Shown in pieces: positions 57,663 to 64,000 of a DNA stretch of 64,000 nt. Position numbers and translations under genes: made by a program. Each line of letters begins with the position of its first letter. The stretch's first letter is position 1. Origin of the DNA: Robiginitomaculum sp. (GTDB taxonomy: Bacteria; Pseudomonadota; Alphaproteobacteria; Caulobacterales; Maricaulaceae); the NCBI GenBank assembly GCA_965224805.1, contig OZ245063.1:283212-347211 (forward strand). The letters are read 5' to 3'. The notes beneath the pieces are model-generated. The model saw only the letters and a program-made list of their open reading frames with translations, ran no database searches and had not been told where the DNA came from.

Positions 57663-59065
57663 TGATGACCGCAAACTTAGCCGCTATTCTTTATGTTATA
57701 TCTGGCGTATTGTTTATTCAATCCCTGCGCGGACTGTCTTCTCCTGCCAGCTCTCGCAAAGGCAATATTTACGGCATGATCGGGATTGCCATTGCAGTTG
57801 TTACGACCCTTTTGTTTGTTGGGGTGAGTGGGCAAGCTCTGGTTTATATCCTTATTGCGCTTGGTGTTGGCGGCGGTATTGGGGCTTATATTGCTAAAAA
57901 TATCCCTATGACTGACATGCCGCAATTGATTGCGGCTTTCCATTCATTGGTCGGTATGGCCGCCGTTTTGGTTGCTGTCGGCGCGTTTTACGCCCCTGCC
58001 AGTTTTGGTATTGGCGAAGTTGGGCAGCTCCATACGGTGAGTTTGTTAGAACTTTCATTGGGCGCAGCTATTGGCGCGGTAACCTTTAGTGGTTCCGTGA
58101 TTGCATTTTTGAAACTAAACGGCAATGTGTCTGGCGCACCGATTGTGTTTAAAGGACAGCACCTGCTCAACCTAGTTTTGGGGCTGATATTAACCGCCCT
58201 CATTGGCATGTTAATGGCATCAGGTGGGGCCAATACGACTGTTTTCCTTGCTATTGTTGCTCTTGCCTTCCTTATTGGTTTCTTGCTCATTATTCCAATC
58301 GGCGGGGCAGATATGCCCGTTGTGATTTCCATGCTCAATTCCTATTCTGGCTGGGCGGCTGCGGCTCTTGGTTTCACCCTTGGTAATCTCGCTCTGATTA
58401 TTACTGGTGCATTGGTTGGCTCATCGGGCGCAATTCTGTCCTACATTATGTGCAAGGCGATGAACCGTTCATTTATCAGTGTGATTTTGGGTGGGTTTGG
58501 CGCGGAAGGCGGAAGCAGTGACAGCGGCGATAAAGAACAACGCCCTGTCAAACGCGGTTCAGCAGACGACGCCGCATTTATCATGAAAAACGCTTCCAAA
58601 GTTATCATCGTGCCCGGATATGGTCTCGCCGTTGCCCAAGCCCAGCACGCCACCCGCGAAATGGCTGACAAGCTTAAAGAAGAAGGCGTTGATGTGGTCT
58701 ACGCAATCCATCCTGTTGCGGGCCGTATGCCAGGTCATATGAATGTACTCTTGGCAGAAGCCAATGTGCCATATGATGAAGTGTTCGAGCTTGAAGACAT
58801 CAATTCAGAATTTGCCAATGCTGAAGTTGCCTTTGTTATCGGGGCCAATGACGTCACCAACCCTGCCGCCAAAACTGATCCTGAAAGCCCCATCTACGGC
58901 ATGCCAGTTTTGGACGTAGATAAAGCCACAACCGTGCTATTTGTCAAACGCTCCCTATCAGTTGGTTACGCCGGTATCGACAATGATTTGTTTTACGCCG
59001 ACGGAACCATGATGCTGCTCGCAGATGCCAAGAAAATGGTCGAAGATATTATCAAGGCTTTATAG
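57659..59065 (+). CDS. pntB: NAD(P) transhydrogenase subunit beta
   Basis: 468 aa. ILYVISGVLFIQSLRGLSSPASSRKGN... forms the membrane domain, followed by the dIII domain (VPGYGLAVAQAQH, AIHPVAGRMPGHMNVLLAEA). Confidence 0.95.
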   Translation: MMMTANLAAILYVISGVLFIQSLRGLSSPASSRKGNIYGMIGIAIAVVTTLLFVGVSGQALVYILIALGVGGGIGAYIAKNIPMTDMPQLIAAFHSLVGMAAVLVAVGAFYAPASFGIGEVGQLHTVSLLELSLGAAIGAVTFSGSVIAFLKLNGNVSGAPIVFKGQHLLNLVLGLILTALIGMLMASGGANTTVFLAIVALAFLIGFLLIIPIGGADMPVVISMLNSYSGWAAAALGFTLGNLALIITGALVGSSGAILSYIMCKAMNRSFISVILGGFGAEGGSSDSGDKEQRPVKRGSADDAAFIMKNASKVIIVPGYGLAVAQAQHATREMADKLKEEGVDVVYAIHPVAGRMPGHMNVLLAEANVPYDEVFELEDINSEFANAEVAFVIGANDVTNPAAKTDPESPIYGMPVLDVDKATTVLFVKRSLSVGYAGIDNDLFYADGTMMLLADAKKMVEDIIKAL

Positions 59066-59871
59066 TGAAGTTTTTAAAATGGACAGTGTTGGGGGCCGTG
59101 GGATTATACCTCGCTGCGCTTATACTTATATTTATATTGCAACGTAATTATGTCTATTTTCCAGATACGTCCTCCGCGCCGCAAGGATTTGAAACTACCC
59201 ACGGTGTAGAAACGGTTTCTGTGCACGTTGAGGGTTTAGCTCCTTTGCATTCATTGTATTCTCCCGCACCACAACACGGCCCGATCATTTTATATTTTCA
59301 CGGCAATGGCAATTCCGTTTATTCGCGCACCCTACAATTTCGAGATTTTAAATCTTGGAATGTCGGGTTTTTATCTGTGGAATATCCTGGTTATGGTGGC
59401 AATCCAGGCACGCCCAACCAGACCGATATTTTTAAAACTGCCCTCGCCAATTATGATCTTCTCATTGCCAAAGGGTATGCGCCCGAGCAAATTGTTTTGT
59501 ACGGCAATTCATTGGGTACGACCAGTGCAACATATGTGGCGAGCCAACGCGAAGGCGCGGTTCTTATTCTTACCGCCCCCTTTTTATCCGCATTGGCTAT
59601 GGGGAAAATGCAAATGCCCTATTTTCCGATCTCACTCTTGCTAAAAGACACATATCGCTCGGACGTTTTCATGCCCAATATTACAGAACCCTTGCTGATT
59701 ATACATGGGGATGCAGATGAGTTGATTCCTCTAGCAATGGGAAAACAGCTCTTTGATCTCCACGCAGGCGAGAAAAATTTTGTCACCATAGAGGGCGGAA
59801 AGCACTATATGTGGAAGTCGCATATGCCCGAACACATTCACGCAGCTATAAAAAAATATGTCCCGCGCTAA
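59065..59871 (+). CDS. membrane-anchored alpha/beta hydrolase
   Basis: The GTG start overlaps the pntB stop. 268 aa with an N-terminal TM helix, YFHGNG, the nucleophile elbow GNSLGT, and HGDADE. Confidence 0.75.
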   Translation: MKFLKWTVLGAVGLYLAALILIFILQRNYVYFPDTSSAPQGFETTHGVETVSVHVEGLAPLHSLYSPAPQHGPIILYFHGNGNSVYSRTLQFRDFKSWNVGFLSVEYPGYGGNPGTPNQTDIFKTALANYDLLIAKGYAPEQIVLYGNSLGTTSATYVASQREGAVLILTAPFLSALAMGKMQMPYFPISLLLKDTYRSDVFMPNITEPLLIIHGDADELIPLAMGKQLFDLHAGEKNFVTIEGGKHYMWKSHMPEHIHAAIKKYVPR

Positions 59872-60197
59872 CCACGCGCACAATTAATACATAGCGGAGT
59901 GGCGGGGTCTAGTGCTAAGCGTTTTTTTGCGATGGACTCGTCGCAGGTTGCGCAGTATTCAAAATCATCATTTTCGGTGCGGACGAGGGCGGCGTTTATG
60001 CGCACAATTTGTTTGCGCCGCGCTGTTTCCGCAGCCTTGTCCATAGCTTGAATTTGTAGGCTGTCCATGCGCGACAACCGCCCCACGGATTGTTGATCGA
60101 GTGTGATGGGTTTGCGGCTATCTTTGGCTTGCTCACTTAGATATTCAAGTTCGGACTTTAATGCCAGCAGACGTTTTTTAGCGGTTTTTTTATCCAT
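59868..60197 (-). CDS. DksA/TraR-family C4 zinc-finger protein
   Basis: 109 aa with a coiled-coil N-terminus and CATCDESIAKKRLALDPATPLCINC (CxxC-N17-CxxC). Confidence 0.8.
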   Translation of the reverse strand: MDKKTAKKRLLALKSELEYLSEQAKDSRKPITLDQQSVGRLSRMDSLQIQAMDKAAETARRKQIVRINAALVRTENDDFEYCATCDESIAKKRLALDPATPLCINCARG

Positions 60198-60248
60198 TAG
60201 AATAGTTTAGCCTGACACATAAGATTTGACCAGTCACGAGAACGAGAA

Positions 60249-61187
60249 ATGACAACAAATACGAAATATGTGCTTGAGATTAACAATGCCAGCAAAAGTT
60301 TTGCAGGTAAAAAAGCTGTAAAAAATGTTAGTTTTCAAGTTGGTAAAGGTGAGATCGTCGGGTTTTTAGGCCCCAACGGAGCGGGAAAAACCACCACATT
60401 GCGCATGGCCCTTGGTTTAATAATGCCTGACGGTGCGGACGGCGGATATATTAAATTATTTGGCGAATCCCCGGGGCCGCGTGCCTTTGGCCGTGTTGGG
60501 TTTTTACCAGAAGAGAGAGGACTTTACCGCAAAACTTCTGCGCGCGGGGCCATTGCTCATATTGCCCAACTGAACGGTATGAAGGGGCGGGCAGCCTTGG
60601 CACAAGCCGACCTGATGTTAGATCGGTACGGGCTTGGGGATGTAAAGCGCAAGAAAATAAAAACCCTCTCGAAAGGCATGGCACAAAAAGTACAATTGAT
60701 CGCCGCCATTGCCCATGATCCAGAGTTTCTGATCTTGGACGAGCCGTTTTCAGGTCTTGATCCTGTTAATCAAACCCTACTCGAAGACATGGTGCGCGAG
60801 ATTGCAGCGCGAGGCCGTACGATAATTTTCTCCACCCACGTAATGGAACATGCAGAACGCTTGTGTGATAAAATCATTCTTATGTCTGGCGGCGAGAAAA
60901 TTTTTGACGGCGATATAGCTTCCGCACTGAGCTTTGCGCCGCAAAAACTAGTGATCGAAGCCCACGGTAAAAAAACCACCGAAATCTTGGGTGTGTTTGC
61001 AGATAAAATAAATGAAACTGCGCCGCATACATGGAAAATGACCTTAAAGGCCAAAGTCCGCCCGCAAGACGTCTTGCAAGCTTGTATTGATAAGGGGCAA
61101 AAACTTATTCGGTTCGAGCCAGAACGGATAAGCCTACACGATGCATTTGTGACATTGGTTGGACAAAACCAAGAGGTGAGCTTATGA
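60249..61187 (+). CDS. ABC transporter ATP-binding protein (ABC-2/NatA-like)
   Basis: 312 aa with Walker A GPNGAGKTT, signature LSKGMAQK and Walker B LILDEP. Confidence 0.9.
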   Translation: MTTNTKYVLEINNASKSFAGKKAVKNVSFQVGKGEIVGFLGPNGAGKTTTLRMALGLIMPDGADGGYIKLFGESPGPRAFGRVGFLPEERGLYRKTSARGAIAHIAQLNGMKGRAALAQADLMLDRYGLGDVKRKKIKTLSKGMAQKVQLIAAIAHDPEFLILDEPFSGLDPVNQTLLEDMVREIAARGRTIIFSTHVMEHAERLCDKIILMSGGEKIFDGDIASALSFAPQKLVIEAHGKKTTEILGVFADKINETAPHTWKMTLKAKVRPQDVLQACIDKGQKLIRFEPERISLHDAFVTLVGQNQEVSL

Positions 61188-62674
61188 CAGATACCCCAGC
61201 TGACGGCTTTCGCATGAGTGTGCGCCGTACATTGCTCATCGCGAAACAAGATTTTCTTGGTTATGTGAAAACATGGGGGTTTTGGCTCTCAAGCTTAGGG
61301 CCATTTATCGGAATATTTTTTGCTTTTTTAATGCCATTTGTTATGGCCAAGTCAGAGCCAACACATATTGTTAGCATACTCGACGAAACAGGTTTGCACG
61401 GATATGCGATTGAAAAATTGCTTGTGGACGATAACCGCGAACTCATGGAACTTGCTTTGCGCAGTGTGGCACAATATACGGTTCCGCGAGATGATAAGTC
61501 CACATTTGAAGCTGTTTTGGAGAATGAAGGCCCGCAAGCAGCCAAGGCATTTATCACACGCACAAATCCGCACATTGCGCAATATATCACAATTCCCGAT
61601 AGCAAATTGAACTTTATTACGCCGCCAGTGGACACTATTGAGGCCTTAAAGCCATTTGTACTTGGCGATGAAAAAATACACATGGACGGTATTGAGCAAG
61701 CCTTGTCAGGCGTTTTGCATATTTACGAGAAAGACGGCGAAACACAGGCAGATTATTGGTCAACAATGCCCTTGCAAAATGCTTTGGCAGATTTGGCTGA
61801 CCGGCATTTTTCAAGAACGGCCAGTGCCAATTATTTACAAAGCGGAGGCTTAAACCGCGAAGCCTATCTTGAAACACGCCGTAACGCAGTTTCTGTGAAC
61901 GCATTTAACCCTGAGAAAGAGCAAAATGGCGAAGATGGTCAAGCCGTTACTGCCAAAGACCGCATTCCCTATTTTATCGCGGCAGTGCTGTCTGTGATTT
62001 TGTGGTTTGCTGTGTTTACGGGTGCATATATGCTGTTGATGTCTATGGTTGAGGAAAAAATTAATAAGGTGCTTGAGATGTTACTCGCCAGCACACGGTT
62101 TTCAGAAATTTTCTTTGGTAAATTGATTGGGGTTGCTGCGTTGACCATTGCCACATTACTGCCGTGGATCATCATGGGAGGGGCTGGATTTTATTTCGCT
62201 CTGACATTTGGTGACGGGGCCGTGGCAGAAGGTTTATCGCAAGCAATGAGCATCAAAATGTTGGTGTTCTTACCGATTTTCTTTTTGCTCGGCTATGTGT
62301 TTTACGGCTCCATGTTTATCGCCTTGGGCGCAATGGCAGAAAGCATGCAAGATGCATCCACTTTGATGACGCCAATGGTTTTATTGTTGACCGCATGTAT
62401 TTTGGTTGTACCCATTGGGGTGACGTTTCCGGACTCGCCTCTCTTGGCCGCCGCGCAATATTTTCCGTTCTCGGCTCCCTTTGCCGCCATAATCAGACTG
62501 CCTTCTGACCCTCCTTTGTGGGAGACATTATTGTCTGTATTTATACTGATTTTATCATCGGTATTTGTGGTGTGGTTGTCAGGTAGGTTGTTTAAGCATG
62601 GTGTGCTGACAGGTGGCGGCATGGCTGGTGTTAAGGCATGGTTTGCCAGTAAGCTTCGGTTTAAGCGCGGTTGA
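61184..62674 (+). CDS. ABC-2-type permease (NatB-like) with a large extracytoplasmic loop
   Basis: 496 aa. It has a 4-nt overlap with the ATPase gene, one N-terminal TM helix, a soluble loop of about 230 aa and then five or more TM helices. Confidence 0.8.
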   Translation: MTDTPADGFRMSVRRTLLIAKQDFLGYVKTWGFWLSSLGPFIGIFFAFLMPFVMAKSEPTHIVSILDETGLHGYAIEKLLVDDNRELMELALRSVAQYTVPRDDKSTFEAVLENEGPQAAKAFITRTNPHIAQYITIPDSKLNFITPPVDTIEALKPFVLGDEKIHMDGIEQALSGVLHIYEKDGETQADYWSTMPLQNALADLADRHFSRTASANYLQSGGLNREAYLETRRNAVSVNAFNPEKEQNGEDGQAVTAKDRIPYFIAAVLSVILWFAVFTGAYMLLMSMVEEKINKVLEMLLASTRFSEIFFGKLIGVAALTIATLLPWIIMGGAGFYFALTFGDGAVAEGLSQAMSIKMLVFLPIFFLLGYVFYGSMFIALGAMAESMQDASTLMTPMVLLLTACILVVPIGVTFPDSPLLAAAQYFPFSAPFAAIIRLPSDPPLWETLLSVFILILSSVFVVWLSGRLFKHGVLTGGGMAGVKAWFASKLRFKRG

Positions 62675-62705
62675 TATTTTATGTTGGTACGCTTAAGATA
62701 AACCT

Positions 62706-63377
62706 ATGAACACAGTAGACCCATCCTTAAAGGCACGGCTTGCTATATTAGATGCCACCTTAAAACATACCCCTTTTGACGGGTGGTCAGCCAGCACTCT
62801 GGCGCAGGCTGTTGCGGATACAGATTTGCCCAAGGGGGCTGAAGAATTGTACTTCCCTGGCGGCCCTTTGGAAGTGATTGCATTTTGGAACGCACGAAAC
62901 GATCTCTATATGCAAGGTGAAATGGTCAAGCTTGACCAATCCAATATGCGCATACGTGATAAAATCACCACGGCGGTCTTGTTGCGTTTGCAGGCCATCA
63001 GCCCGCACGAAGAAGCGGCTAAACGCGCGATTGCCCGTACCGCTTTGCCCGACGGTTTGGCTTTTAGTCCCAAAATTCTATGGGCAAGTTCTGACGCCAT
63101 ATGGCGCGCTATTGGCGACACGTCGACTGATTTTAACTACTACACCAAGCGCACAAGTCTTGCCGCCGTGCTCAGCACATCGTTAGCAGCGTGGCTCACC
63201 GATGATGACCCGAAGAAGGAAAAAGCCAAAGCGTTCCTAGACGCTCGCATTGAAAATGTCATGCAGTTTGAAGGCGCAAAGTTTAAAGCCAAAAAACGCC
63301 TCGCCGCCATGCCAGACCCTGCAGAACTCCTCGGCAAAATCCGCTACGGAACCCGCCGCCGCAAACGACGGGGGTGA
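62706..63377 (+). CDS. COQ9-family protein
   Basis: 223 aa. ILDATLKHTPFDGWS...RIRDKITTAVLLRLQAI...DTSTDFNYYTKR is a typical bacterial COQ9-like pattern. Confidence 0.7.
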   Translation: MNTVDPSLKARLAILDATLKHTPFDGWSASTLAQAVADTDLPKGAEELYFPGGPLEVIAFWNARNDLYMQGEMVKLDQSNMRIRDKITTAVLLRLQAISPHEEAAKRAIARTALPDGLAFSPKILWASSDAIWRAIGDTSTDFNYYTKRTSLAAVLSTSLAAWLTDDDPKKEKAKAFLDARIENVMQFEGAKFKAKKRLAAMPDPAELLGKIRYGTRRRKRRG

Positions 63378-63391
63378 GGTATTAAATAGCC

Positions 63392-64000
63392 CTAGCCAAT
63401 CACCACATTCACATGGCCCATTTTGCGGCCCTTACGGATATCTTTTTTGTCGTAATCATGGACATAGGTGTGGGGGTTTTTGGCGAGTGTGTTTGCGTGC
63501 TTAATCTCGTCTCCGATGAGATTGGTCATTAAGACGGTGTGTTTTGGTGTGGTGTCGCCAAGCGGCAAGCCCGTAATGGCGCGGATGTGTTGCTCGAACT
63601 GGTCTGTGCAGCCTGCGTTTTGTGTCCAGTGGCCTGAATTATGCACACGCGGTGCGATTTCGTTGACGATCAGTGCGCCGCCGCCCATTTCAAAAAATTC
63701 AATCCCCATAACGCCGACATAATCCAGAGCACCCAAAATACGCTCGGTGACGGCATGAGCTATGCTGCTCACATTTTGCGGATCAAGAGCGGGGGCGAAA
63801 CTGGTGTGCAGGCGGTGGTCTTTGTGAACATTTTCGGTCATTGGATAACAGGCAATATTGCCGCGTATATCCCGCGCAGCGATAATGGAAAACTCACGCA
63901 CAAAGGGCGCAAATTTTTCTGCGATTAAATCGGCTCCGCCCAAACTGGCAAAGCCTGATTTTATATCCGCCTGTCCATTTACCTTAACTTGGCCTTTGCC
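63392..64000 (-). CDS. purK: N5-carboxyaminoimidazole ribonucleotide synthase PurK, C-terminal part (gene continues past the window end)
   Basis: The frame is open from 64000 down to the stop at 63392. GKGQVKV...EKFAPFVREFSIIAARD...EIAPRVHNSGHWT...GRKMGHVNVV shows the ATP-grasp PurK motifs. Confidence 0.88.
   Translation of the reverse strand, partial: GKGQVKVNGQADIKSGFASLGGADLIAEKFAPFVREFSIIAARDIRGNIACYPMTENVHKDHRLHTSFAPALDPQNVSSIAHAVTERILGALDYVGVMGIEFFEMGGGALIVNEIAPRVHNSGHWTQNAGCTDQFEQHIRAITGLPLGDTTPKHTVLMTNLIGDEIKHANTLAKNPHTYVHDYDKKDIRKGRKMGHVNVVIG

Noticed and set aside
1-64000. Search for CRISPR arrays, rRNA genes, transposases, integrases and phage genes
   Set aside because: I saw no regularly spaced direct repeats and no rRNA-like sequence. 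None of the tracked ORFs shows DDE transposase, tyrosine or serine recombinase, or phage structural motifs. The tRNA-Thr has no adjacent integrase or direct repeat of its 3' end that I could see.

Overview
This is a 64-kb chromosomal segment from an alphaproteobacterium. That assignment rests on recognisable CtrA, ChpT, SciP and Irr proteins, an adk gene inside the spc operon with no rpmJ or infA, and split pntAA/pntAB genes. The cell-cycle gene content suggests a Caulobacterales/Hyphomonadaceae-like marine organism, but that is inference only. The centre of the window (17.2-36.2 kb) is one uninterrupted str-S10-spc-alpha ribosomal super-operon running from rpsL to rplQ. Upstream lie a ydbH-ynbE-ydbL envelope operon, a compact cell-cycle and motility hub, an ECF sigma module, mnmA and fatty-acid genes. 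The hub contains chpT, an unknown ORF, cheY-like and cheR genes, ctrA, a fliJ-like gene, a P-loop-less MinD-like gene and sciP. Downstream lie degP, rarA, an M20 amidohydrolase, a divergent pair of unusual genes (a coiled-coil outer-membrane barrel and a PAS-LuxR-alpha/beta-hydrolase fusion), and an Irr gene with ICE operators next to a rubrerythrin/Fe-S/DUF3501 cluster. After these come crcB, housekeeping genes, tRNA-Thr, a porin, a sigma-54 activator, the pnt transhydrogenase operon, an ABC-2 exporter, COQ9 and purK. I saw no rRNA, CRISPR array, transposase, integrase or prophage genes. The most unusual observations are these. (1) A HepT/MntA (HEPN/nucleotidyltransferase) toxin-antitoxin pair sits between pntAB and pntB, with overlapping start and stop codons. 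(2) Ribosomal protein L15 is fused to a Lys/Ala/Pro-rich histone-H1-like repeat plus a DUF2853-like domain, and L3 is fused to a helix-hairpin-helix-like module. (3) An Irr regulon unit carries near-perfect ICE palindromes. (4) Signalling genes of unknown role are packed around ctrA, with GANTC methylation-site clusters in the ctrA and sciP upstream regions. (5) A family of nested palindromic REP-like elements is present. All family assignments come from reading the translations by eye. No database search was run.
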